Assembly: GCF_018977255.1 (NCBI RefSeq)
Contig: NW_024704742.1
Coordinates: 136,526,001-136,590,000 of the forward strand
DNA from: Callorhinchus milii
Lineage: Eukaryota
Length of the DNA stretch: 64,000 nucleotides
Reading direction: 5' to 3'
The first letter of the stretch is position 1. The number at the start of each line of letters is the position of its first letter. Positions 50,401 to 60,530 of this stretch are shown in pieces. The notes below the pieces were generated by a model. It did no database searches. It was not told where the DNA came from and worked only from the letters and a program-made list of their open reading frames with translations. Position numbers and translations under genes: made by a program.

Positions 50401-53400
50401 CACCATCTGCTGTTTAAAGTGCAAAAGCACAGACTTTAAAGATTTTACTGGGATTATCTATCTGAACTTTTCAGAAAAAACGTCATCTGGCGAGCAGTTC
50501 CTGCGAAAAGTCACCGGTTATGGATGGTGTGTGTGTGTGTGCGTGCGGGGGGGGGGGGGGGGGGGGAGGAGGGGGTGGTGGGATGTGGTTAAGTGAATCT
50601 CCTCATTTCAACTAATTCCAGATCCCTAGAATTGAAAAGATTATAGTTTCCCAACAAAATCTCTGCCGGCTTATTATAGTCACATAAATATGGTCACATG
50701 TATTAAATTACATGCGAGTCAAATTATAACCATCTCCAACACAGGCCAGGAACCGGGCAGGACATTTTTAAAAGTTTCTTTCACAGAAGCATCCCGGTCT
50801 TTGAATAACACACCATATACCCACCCACACCATACACCCAAACACACACCATACACACACCATACATCCACAACGTACACACACACTCACAACATGCACA
50901 CACACACACACAACATACAATATGCACACAACACACAACAGGCACACATAACATGCCCACAAAGCACACACAACATACAACACGCGCGCACAAACACGCG
51001 CGCACAATATACAACACGCGCGCCCACACGCGCGCGCACAACTTACAGCACGCGTGCCCACACAATCGGCCGCAACATACAACAAGCGCGCCTACACATG
51101 CATGCACAACATACAACACGCGCGCCCACATTCACGCACAACATACAACGCGGGCGCCCACACACACACACACACGCGCACAACATACAAAATGTGCGCC
51201 CACACACGCATAACAAACAACACCCACACCAACTTACACTTATGTAGCGGCCTCCATGCTGGGAGGCGTCTCAGAGCGCTTAACGATGGCGGAGCCCAAG
51301 GCTGAGCCAGGCGGAGGGGAAAGGTGACCTGAAGATGGTGAAGGATGGGGCGAGGAGAAGGGGTTGAGGGAGGGTGTTCCAAAGTATCGGGGCGTAGTGG
51401 CCGTCGATGATGGTGCGGAGGATTCAGGGAACGAACCTAGAAGAGCGGAGGCAACGGATACTGCTGTGGGGAGAGAGGAAGTTGGAGAGATGGGGGGACG
51501 GGTGGGGGGATGGCAAGGAATGGAGGGATTTAAACACTACAGTGAGGATCTCGAAGCGGATCTACTCTGTGACAGAAGTCAGTGGAGTTTGGCCAGGACT
51601 GGAGTAGTCGGGGTACAGAGAATGCGGGCTAACACATGCACACCCCCCCATACGCACCACACACACCCCCCCATGCGCACCACACACACCCCCCCATGCG
51701 CACCACACACACCCCCCCATGCGCACCAGACACACCCCCCCATGCGCACCAGACACACCCCCCCATCCGCACCACACACACCCCCCCATCCGCACCACAC
51801 ACACCCCCCATCCGCACCACACACACCCCCCCCATCCGCACCACACACCACCCCCCCATCCGCACCACACACACCCCCCCATCCGCACCACACACACCCC
51901 CCATCCGCACCACACACACCCCCCCATCCGCACCACACACACCCCCCATCCGCACCACACACACCCCCCCATCCGCACCACACACACCCCCCCATCCGCA
52001 CACACACACACCCCCCCCCATCCGCACCACACACACCCCCCCATCCGCACCACACACACCCCCCCATCCGCACCACACACACCCCCCCATCCGCACCACA
52101 CACACCCCCCATCCGCACCACACACACCCCCCCATCCGCACCACACACACCCCCCATCCCCACCACACCCCCCCATCCGCACCACACACACCCCCCATCC
52201 GCACCACACACACCCCCCCATCCGCACCACACACACCCCCCCATCCGCACCACACACACCCCCCCATCCGCACCACACACACCCCCCCATCCGCACCACA
52301 CACACCCCCCATCCGCACCACACACACCCCCCATCCGCACCCACACACACCCCCCCATCCGCACCACACACACCCCCCATCCGCACCACACACACCCCCC
52401 ATCCGCACCACACACACCCCCCCATCCGCACCACACACACCCCCCCATCCGCACCACACACACCCCCCCATCCGCACCACACACACCCCCCCATCCGCAC
52501 CACACACACCCCCCCATCCGCACCACACACACCCCCCATCCGCACCACACACCCCCCATCCGCACCACACACACCCCCCCATCCGCACCACACACACCCC
52601 CCATCCGCACCACACACACCCCCCATCCGCACCACACACACACCCCCATACGCACCACACACACACCCCCCATACGCACCACACACACACCCCCCATACG
52701 CACCACACACACCCCCCATACGCACCACACACACCCCCATACGCACCACACACACCCCCCCATACGCACCACACACACCCCCATACGCACCACACACACC
52801 CCATACGCACCACACACACCCCCATACGCACCACACACACCCCCACACGCACCACACACACCCCCACAACTAAAAACAATAATTAAATTGGTCATTTTCA
52901 ACCTACACATCACACACCCCCCCCACAATATACAGTCAATTCACTTTACAGTGTGTTCTGTGAAGCGCTTTGGGACGTCCTCCCGACGTGAAAAGCGCTA
53001 TATCAAATGCAAGGATTATTATTATTATTATACCACACACTCCCATACAACATACACAAATACACCTCACCCACACACGCCCAACCACGCCACCACCACA
53101 AACAACCATGTACACACACACACACACACAAAACCCTCACATAATTATTTGTTTTGGTCGGCCGGGTCTCCGTCACATGCGGAAACCCATCACCGTACTT
53201 CAGAGTATCCAAACCATATTGAGAATTCCATGCATCCGATCTACACGAGGAAATTCCAGAGATAAACTGTGAAACTTCTGCGATGTTTCAATCTTTCTGG
53301 TGCAATATTAACAGCAACAACCACAATGTACAACCAGATCATTTAAGAGATTAAAGTTAGAACATTTTCTAAAATATCATGATTATCGAATATTATCTCT

Positions 53401-54407
53401 AAATTGATCTCATTGCTATTGATAGCCTTGTAATGCCCTCCACAGTACGCATTTCAAAAGAAAATCCACGGGAATGCTCCCCCCTCTCCCCCCCCCCCAA
53501 AAAAAAAATGTTAGTTTAGAAAACCTTCAAGGCTTTGTGTTTTTTCTGGAAAAGAAACAATAAATTCAGGATTGCCGAGTATTCGCTTTAAACTTTAAGC
53601 AGAGCTGAAGTAATCAGTTACAGAGGCAGTCGCACGAGACTTGTCAGGGTCATCATACATCGCATTTCCACACATTGACTTTGAGGGAGCAAAAGCGTGA
53701 CATTGGACGATAAGGAGCCAGACCACAGCTGCAACTGATCAATGAATGAAACCTTTTCAGTCTCTCGGAGTTTGGGATTCGGTGCATAAATTTGCACACG
53801 ACGACGACAACTTGCACTTACACAGAGCGCCCTTCCTGTAAGGGTAGCATCGCAGACACTCACCTTCCTCCCACCCACCCACCCACCCACCCGAACAAAA
53901 AAAATCCCTTACTTTTTTTCAATATGAAATACACACAATACAAAAATTTCACCCACAAAACACACAGTCACTCCGCTTTACAGTGTATTCCGTGAAGCGC
54001 TTTGAGACGTCTCAACGACGCGACAAGATGCTGTGTCAGACGCGAGGATCATCGGCATTATTGTTAAATCCCTTTCCACTTTAAGTGCAATTAAAATACG
54101 CGGAAAATAAATGAGAGAGAGTGGGGGTGGGGTGGGGGGAAAGAGATAAGAAGACAAAAATAGTTAGTGAAACTTGACTAAATGTGGGTATTTAAGCTTC
54201 AGCAGCCAATTGAGCAAAGACACCCCAGAGACAAACTAAACTGATGGATAACTTAGTACAATTAAGAACAAATCAGCTTTTCTCACTCTCACTCTCTCTC
54301 TCTCTCTTACCAGGAAGTTGTGTGAAAGGATCGACCTGGGTTGAGCTGGTTTGCATTGAGCACATCAGACACAGCAGCACGTTCAGACCTTTCATTCCCC
54401 TCTCCAT
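35477..54407 (-). CDS. LIPG: Endothelial lipase-like gene (LPL/LIPC/LIPG family), 10 coding exons, 501 aa
   Basis: Manually spliced exons 54311-54407, 43749-43933, 42722-42901, 42012-42132, 40018-40242, 39007-39249, 38525-38645, 37680-37901, 37228-37326, 35477-35489 sum to 1506 nt, with all GT-AG junctions and consistent phases. Motifs: IIHGWT, GYSLG (Ser 42085-42087), [11 protein letters not shown] (Asp 40235-40237), CEH (His 39221-39223). The lid [21 protein letters not shown] is 19 aa like LIPG, not 22 aa like LPL/LIPC. Family assignment is secure; LIPG orthology is inferred. Confidence 0.85.
35590..36305 (-). mobile_element. L2 3' fragment in predicted intron 9
   Basis: [21 protein letters not shown] plus L2 tail. 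Confidence 0.88.
37228..37326 (-). CDS. LIPG: LIPG-like exon 9
   Basis: gtttgcag|A ... AG|GTAACA, 99 nt; YVFC...[12 protein letters not shown] carrying the C-terminal cysteine pair. Confidence 0.9.
37680..37901 (-). CDS. LIPG: LIPG-like exon 8 (PLAT domain)
   Basis: tttccag|G ... AA|GTGAGT, 222 nt; [25 protein letters not shown]...[13 protein letters not shown]. Confidence 0.95.
38525..38645 (-). CDS. LIPG: LIPG-like exon 7 (start of PLAT domain)
   Basis: ctatcag|TG ... AT|GTACGT, 121 nt; VYHYQLKMH...FHGT. Confidence 0.92.
39007..39249 (-). CDS. LIPG: LIPG-like exon 6 (catalytic His, basic cluster)
   Basis: ggcag|AG ... G|GTAATG, 243 nt; [14 protein letters not shown]...[14 protein letters not shown]...[12 protein letters not shown]. 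Confidence 0.96.
40018..40242 (-). CDS. LIPG: LIPG-like exon 5 (catalytic Asp, start of lid)
   Basis: ctctccag|GG ... C|GTGAGT, 225 nt; [10 protein letters not shown]...[15 protein letters not shown]...[11 protein letters not shown]. Confidence 0.97.
40405..40790 (+). repeat. Unclassified interspersed repeat (copies at 8065-8345 and 63310-63690; fragment at 33148-33232)
   Basis: Shared GTCT.ACCAGCTAA.AC..CA..GCTTGCC...GCTTTCC.GCT.CTTGTC.AGCT...GG.TTAAC.GGAGC.GAGT.GG blocks in three copies. Confidence 0.75.
42012..42132 (-). CDS. LIPG: LIPG-like exon 4 (nucleophile elbow GYSLG)
   Basis: tgtgcag|GTG ... G|GTAAGA, 121 nt; [17 protein letters not shown]...KIGRITG. Confidence 0.96.
42722..42901 (-). 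CDS. LIPG: LIPG-like exon 3
   Basis: cttcacag|ACG ... CAG|GTAAAC, 180 nt; [16 protein letters not shown]...NVIVVDWL...[20 protein letters not shown]. Confidence 0.95.
43749..43933 (-). CDS. LIPG: LIPG-like exon 2
   Basis: Acceptor ttattgtag|CT, donor ACG|GTGAGT, 185 nt; encodes ...TKFKL...[18 protein letters not shown]. Confidence 0.93.
46348..46910 (-). mobile_element. CR1-type LINE 3' end
   Basis: [22 protein letters not shown]. Confidence 0.88.
48736..50354 (-). mobile_element. Internally deleted Helitron with degraded PIF1-type helicase remnants
   Basis: Minus strand A|TCTAATAAAG... 5' end; 3' hairpin TGTATCTG-CAA-CAGGTACA followed by CTAG|T. Frameshifted helicase motifs IVVDE...[27 protein letters not shown] and [13 protein letters not shown]...CFSRGQFY. 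No Rep motifs seen. Confidence 0.92.
50805..51232. repeat. CA/CG-rich degenerate tandem repeat (CACAACATACAACACGCGCGC-like)
   Basis: Visible low-complexity array. Confidence 0.85.
51636..52868. repeat. Minisatellite, ~22-23 bp unit CCGCACCACACACACCCCCC(C)AT, about 50-55 copies
   Basis: Directly visible tandem array; unit variants ATGCGCAC, ATCCGCAC and ATACGCAC occur in blocks. Confidence 0.97.
54311..54407 (-). CDS. LIPG: LIPG-like exon 1, coding part (signal-peptide-like [32 protein letters not shown])
   Basis: ATG at 54407, 97 coding nt, phase-1 donor G|GTAAGA matching the phase-1 acceptor of exon 2, hydrophobic LNVLLCLMC core. No homology check is possible for this variable exon. Confidence 0.75.
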
Positions 54408-54627
54408 TCAAGTGAAAGTGCTTTAAAGCCACAACGATGTTAGAAAAATGCCCTTTCTCCTGTGTAATGCTATGTGATGTTCCCCCTCTCTCTCTCTCTC
54501 TCTCTGTCTGTCTCTCTGCCTTAAATCTCACAGTCAGTCCAAAAAGTCTCAATAAACTTTATGAACCATCTGTCCCCCCTTCCATGGATGCACTACAAAC
54601 TTTGGTGTGATAGCCAGCGATTGGCTT

Positions 54628-54710
54628 TTTAAATAGATTTCCTTAAATCACCCGACTAATCGGCAGATAGATATTTGACTAATTTATTCTGCTCTCACAT
54701 TGAGGATTGG
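54628..54710 (-). promoter_or_regulatory. Candidate core promoter: TATTTAAA (54628-54635) with upstream CCAAT (54706-54710)
   Basis: Repeat-free unique sequence ~220 nt upstream of the ATG; CCAAT lies ~70 nt upstream of the TATA-like box. Confidence 0.4.
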
Positions 54711-57008
54711 TTTAGTTGGAAAGGGCTGGCGTGGCTTTAGTCAGTCAATGGGATGAATGGTAAAGTAATACCTGTTAATATTCTCTTAACAATCTTCTTT
54801 CCAGACTTTGGGAAGGAATGTTGTATAACATTTTTTTTTGCCTAAAACACACACTGCAAATAACATCAGAGACCAAAAGCTCATGATCTTCAATGACTCA
54901 CATCTTGTTGTCCAGGATTACATTGGAAAAAAAGGAAAAGAAACAACTTATTGTAAACTTTTTGCAAGACTGTGTGTGTGTGTCTCTGTGTGTATGTGAT
55001 GAGGAAAGTCCCTCTTTTTAGGAAGTAGATTAAACTGTGATATTAAAGATTATTAATTCATATTTTAGCGCTGATTGAGTTGCGATGTTATATTAACTTA
55101 AGGTAAAAGCGGTGGATTTGTTCTTACACCTTGGTCCCTCTTTTTCCGCCTCTCCCTCTACCCCAACCCTTCTTTGCTTAGTGTTAATTTCAATGTTGAT
55201 TTCAGGTGTGACCAATTGAAACCTTTGCACTGCGCGGAGAGAGATTGAATGACATTGATCTGGTTTCACCTACTGGTTTTCTCGTGGAAAAAAATGTAGA
55301 TCAGAAAAAAAAGCAGGAGTAAGAGAGGGAGGAATTGGCAGGTTATAGGGAGGCTGGAAAAAAAAAGGTCAGTACTGTACGTCTCGAATGTAACCGGCTG
55401 ATACGTGTCTCCACGTGCGCATTCCATTCCACACACAAGGATATTTCCATAAAGTGGCTATACATGGAACTCTCAGTCTGGTTTGGATACTCATAAGCCC
55501 GGCGATGGGTTTCCGCACGTGGCAGACCATAAAAAAAACACCAATCCCCGACAACAACAACAAATCACATTCGTATAGCGTCTTTCGCATAAGCAGCAGC
55601 AGCAACAACAACAACAAGATTCCATTTATAGGGCGCCTTTCACGTCGGGAGGACGTCCCAAGGCGCTGGACAGTCGGGGAACACAGTCACTATACTTCAC
55701 AGTAAGCGCTGTAAAATGCTTTCAGGTGTTTCAATGTCACAGTCGTTGTATAACAATAATCATCTTTGCGTTTGATACAGCGCCTTATAACATGGCTGAG
55801 ATGTCTCATATACCGTAAAGTGAATTGATTGCATATTTTGGGGGCAGCCAATTACGTACAGCAGTGTCCCACAAACAGTCTTGGATTGAGTGACCACATT
55901 TTTTCAGGATTATAAACCTCTAGAAAGCAATCTGCCAATCGACTATCAATCAGATGGCTATTTGCTGCTAGGTAAACGGAGGCGTGTGGAATAAAGAAAC
56001 GTGCCTAAGGTTTCACTGCGCCGTGAATCAAACCCGGGCCCCTCACTGGCAAGGCAACTGTAACAGGACTCCGCAAATGCAATGATTATTTATTGGATAT
56101 TTATAGCACCTGCAGTGGAAAATCTGGCTGATTCACACACGCACAACCAGATAATTACACACCTTCCTAGCGCAGGGTCACTGTGGTCAACGCAAAGCAT
56201 TTGGGAAGCGATGCCCAGTTTGCAGTCAAGCGAACACAAGGCAGAGAGGGAGAAGTACTGAGGCAGTTGACAGAAAGGGAACTAAGCCACCACAGGACTT
56301 TGCAGTGGACTACCACCTGATTTTGCAAGAGGAAGTTAAGACAGAATAGATAAAGCATTGCAGAAAAAATGCATAGAGAAGCTAACAGAAGGCATGACAT
56401 TGGCATTTGTTGTATTGGATACAGCAACAGGAACAACTTGCACTCATATAGAGTCTCAGACCGCTTAACAATGGCGGGGGCTGACTCCGAGCTGGGGGTT
56501 GGAGGGGGGGGTTGAAGTCACAGTAAGCACGGTCGAAAAGGAAGGTTTTAAGGCAGGACTTGAAAAAGGGGAGGTGGGGGCAACTTTGCAGCTAAACCAC
56601 ACTCTGTGAGGCACTACTGCTGTGTGCAATTTGCTGCCACGTTCGCCAACACAAAATACACAGTCAATTCACTTTGCCATATATTCTGCAAAGCGCTTTG
56701 TAATGTGTCAACGAGGTGATAAGGCGCTATATCAAATGCAACGATTATTATCCTCTCCACACAACACTGTGCGGTTAAAAAACAATATTGCTCCTTAAGT
56801 AATTTGATAGAGCGCCTTTCACATTGGGAGAACATCTCAAACCGCTTTTCACAGGATTTCATAATGCTGTATAATGAACCTTGCGCTTGACACAGCGGTT
56901 TATACGTCAAAGTGTTTCAAACGATTTACTGTAAAGTGCAGTGTATTTGGTAAGACAATGTGGAAGCCAATTTGCACACAGCAATGGCGTTGCAAGCAGC
57001 TACCAAGT

Positions 57009-57741
57009 ACAACAACAACAACAACAAGATTCCACTTACAGAGCGCCTTTCACGTCAGGAGGACATCCCAAGGCACTGTACTGTTGGGTCAGGATCCGAG
57101 CATTGGGGGGGAAATGGTCAGGGTGAGGGAAGGGAGGGAGTGAGGAGGGGGTCAAGAGTCGAGAGGGGAGCTGAAGGCACGGTCAAAGAGAAAGGTCTTG
57201 AGACCAGCCTTGAAGGAGGAAAGGGAGGAGGCGGTGAAGGCACTGGGGGATGGAGTTCCAGAGCCTGGGGGCTGAGAGGCTGAAGGCCTGGCCACCGATG
57301 GTAGGGCGGTTGGGGCGGGGGATGTGGAGCAGACCGGAGCCAGAGGAACGGAGGGTACGGGCAGGTAAGTAGGGGGATAGTAGGTCGGAGAGGTAGGAGG
57401 GAGCGAGGCCGTGAATGGCCTTGTAGGTGAGGATGAGGATCTTGAATTCGATCCTCTGGGGGATGGGGAGCCAGTGGAGGCGAGCGAGGGTGGGAGTGAT
57501 GTGGTCCCGAAGCCTGGTGCGGGACAGTACACGAGCTGCAGAGTTCTGAATGACCTGCAGTGTGGAGGGAGGTGGCGGGAAGGCCGGCGAGGAGAGAGTT
57601 CCCGTAGTCCAGCCTTGAGGTGATAAAGGCGTGGACCAGAGTTTTAGCAGCGTGAGGGGTGAGGCAGTGCCGTAGTCCGGAGGTGATGGAAGGCGGTGCC
57701 AGTTGTGGCGCGGACACGAGGGAGAAAGGACAGCTCAGGGT
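57009..57741 (-). mobile_element. Young L2 3' fragment, sister of 11063-11852
   Basis: Same 5' start and shared indels with 11063-11852. Confidence 0.93.
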
Positions 57742-58259
57742 AAATTAAATTACTTGCACTGTTGTGTTGGCCCATATGATCTCAAAGTCCTTGTTGTGGG
57801 GGGAGCAATGTGGAGTCCTGTAACGTAGTGGTTAGGACCAGGTTTAAATTCCCGGACGTGGTGAAACCTGAGGCAGGGGTGGGGAGAGATGAGCTCATAG
57901 TGGTATTAAGGAGCCTCCAATGTGTCATTTGGCCTTAGATAACTACCTGGTATTGCGGTGGGAGAGAGGAGGAACTCATAGACTATCCATTAAAATCACT
58001 GGGAAACCTGAGACACCTCAGAACTTTGTGGTAAATAACACCTGTGAGGAATTCGATCGCCATGGAGCTGAGATCAATCAAACATGTCCTTTAGATGTTA
58101 ACATAAGGTTATATCTGCCTGTTAGAAGTGGGTGTTTAAAGATCCCAGGACTCAATTAAAAAAGGGTAGGGAACTTCTCACAGTGTCCTGCTCTGCCCAC
58201 AGCACAGAGACAGTTTGTCAAAGTCACATACAACGTCCTCTCTATCTGTGATCAGGGCT

Positions 58260-58985
58260 CCCTCTGCCTCCTCATCCTCCTGGATCCCTCTGGGCAATGT
58301 CATCCGCAGACATGGGCTAAACTTCCACATGTATGCGGATGACACACAACTCTACTTTTCCTCCTCCAGTACCAACTCCAGGTCTGCTGATGTTTGATCA
58401 GCTCGTCTGACATCAGGGTCTGGATGAATGTAAACTTCCTGCAGCTGGTCAAGACAGAAGCCATACTCCTCGGTCAACAATCTAAACTCCTCAACCTCCC
58501 TGGGCTCTCCCTCAGACTCACTGAGTGTCTGGTTCGACCCCACAGCCGTTCTTCCTCTCCCACATCCTGTCCCTGACCAGGACTGCCTTCTTCCACCTCC
58601 GCCACATTGCCCGCCTCCGACTGTACCTTACACCAAATACAGTCGAAACCTTTGTGCATGGGTTTGCCACCTCCCGCCTGAATTACTCCAACGCACTCCT
58701 CGCTGGTCTCCCCAGCTCCATTTCAAAAAATCCAGCTCATTCGGAACTCTGCCGCCCGCACGCTGACCACAACCAAACTCCGTACCCCCATCCCACCAGT
58801 TCTGGCCCAGGCCCCACTGGCTCCCCATCACCGAACGTAATCGAGTTCAAGAACGTCTGCCCCACCAGTGGAGGTCAAGCTTTAAAACACTACGCCCCGA
58901 AACTCTGGAACACTCTCCCTCAATCCCTCCGCCTTGACCCCCTCTCTCCCCTTTTTCAAGTCCAACCTAAAAAACTTCCTTTTTA
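58260..58985 (+). mobile_element. Degraded L2 RT and 3' fragment
   Basis: IRRHGLNFHMYADDTQLY, SRLNYSNALL. Confidence 0.87.
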
Positions 58986-60015
58986 AATATATACTGTGAA
59001 GCGCTTTGAGATGTCTCAATGCACAGGCAGACATTTCGTCTTGATTAGTATAGATGTATCTCCCTGGAAGGGTGTGTGATTTCCTGTCGCTATTTTGTTG
59101 CATCCCTCATATTTTGGGGCTCAATTAAAACATTTTTTAATTCACGTCTCTATGTCAATACCCGGTTAGTGCGTACACACGACTGTCTATGCTGGAGACA
59201 AGGACGCTATCAGGTGAGCCAAACTGCCACATCCACAGACGTTTTACTGAAACTAAAACTGAAACTGATGCGAAAGGCGCCTATATGAACACAAATCAAT
59301 AATAATCCTTGCATTTGATACAGCGCCTTATCACGTCTTCGAGACGTCTCAAAGCGCTCACAGAAGATACTCTAAAGTGAATTGACTGTATATTTTGTGG
59401 GCGAAACGCGGCAGCCACTTGTGCACAGCAGCGTCCCACAAACAGTCGTGGATTGAGTGATCAAATTATTATTATTTTTGATTTTTTTAAGGGATTATTC
59501 CCAGAAAGCGATTGCCAAATCAACTCACAAACGGTTTCTTGCTGACTGCAGAGTAAACAGAAACGTAAGGAGAAAGGAAACTAGTTTAAGGTTTTGCCCC
59601 GCTCTTTTCTTGCACTGTCAAAGAGGAAGTACTTGAGAAGGATCTTGAAGGAAGCGAGGGATGAGGCGAGATGAAGGGTCTCTAGGATGGTACCAGAGAG
59701 TGGAGGCAGAAGGTCTGACAGCCTGACGCAGGGTGGAAGATACAAAGCAGACCAGAACCCACCAAGCGGAGGGTTGGTAAACGTTTCAGAAGGTCACAGA
59801 GTTAAGGTGGGGCAAGACCATGGAGCGTTTCAAAAGTGAGGATGAGGAACTTGAACTCTATCCTCTGGGGGATGAGGAGCCAGTGGAGCTGAACGAGGAT
59901 TGGGATGACAGCCTCACAGAGCCTGGTTCGCAGTCGTTACACTTCACAGAAAATCCTGTGAAGCGCTTTGAGATACTTTCTCCAGACATGAAAAGCACTG
60001 TATCAAATGCTATTA

Positions 60016-60530
60016 CATAAGAACATAAGAATTAGGAGCAGGAGTAGGCCATTCGGCCCCTCGAGCCTGTGCCCCGCCATTCAATAAGGTCATGGCTGAT
60101 CTTCAGACCTAACTCTGATTACCCGCCCTATCCCCATATCCCCTAATCCCTCTATTTTTCAAGAATCTCTCAGTCTCAGCCTTGAAGATGTTCAAGGACT
60201 GACATCTATAGCCTTCTGGGGGAGTGAATTCCATAAATTCACTACCCTCTGAGTGAAGAAATGTTTCCTCAACTCTGTTCTAAAAGGCTGACCCTTAATT
60301 TTAAGACTGTGACCCCTGGTTATAGATTCTCCCACCGGGGAAACAGTCCCTCTGTGTCTACTTTATTAGCCCTTTAAGAATCTTATAAGTTTCAATAAGA
60401 TCCCCCCTAATTCTTCTGTACTCTGGAGAATACAGCCCGAGTTTATTCAGCCTATCCTCATAGGTCAGTCCCCTCATCCCAGGAACTAACCGAGTGAATC
60501 TACGCTGCACTCCCTCTAGGGGCAAGTATG
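60016..60530 (-). mobile_element. CR1-type LINE 3' end
   Basis: LEGVQRRFTRLVPGMRGLTYEDRL...RGDLIETYKILKG; tail TTCTTATGTTCTTATG. Confidence 0.9.

Noticed and set aside
50547..50566. Poly-G run as a functional element
   Set aside because: Homopolymer next to a (TG)n tract; its length is unreliable. The single N at 30851 also indicates local sequence uncertainty.
51636..52868. CRISPR-like array
   Set aside because: Pure tandem repeat with no unique spacers, in eukaryotic DNA.
51364..53265. 633-aa and other 380-450-aa His/Pro/Thr- or Gly/Val/Cys-rich ORFs
   Set aside because: All six frames are open because the minisatellite unit lacks stop codons; the region is intronic and the ORF starts in an antisense L2.
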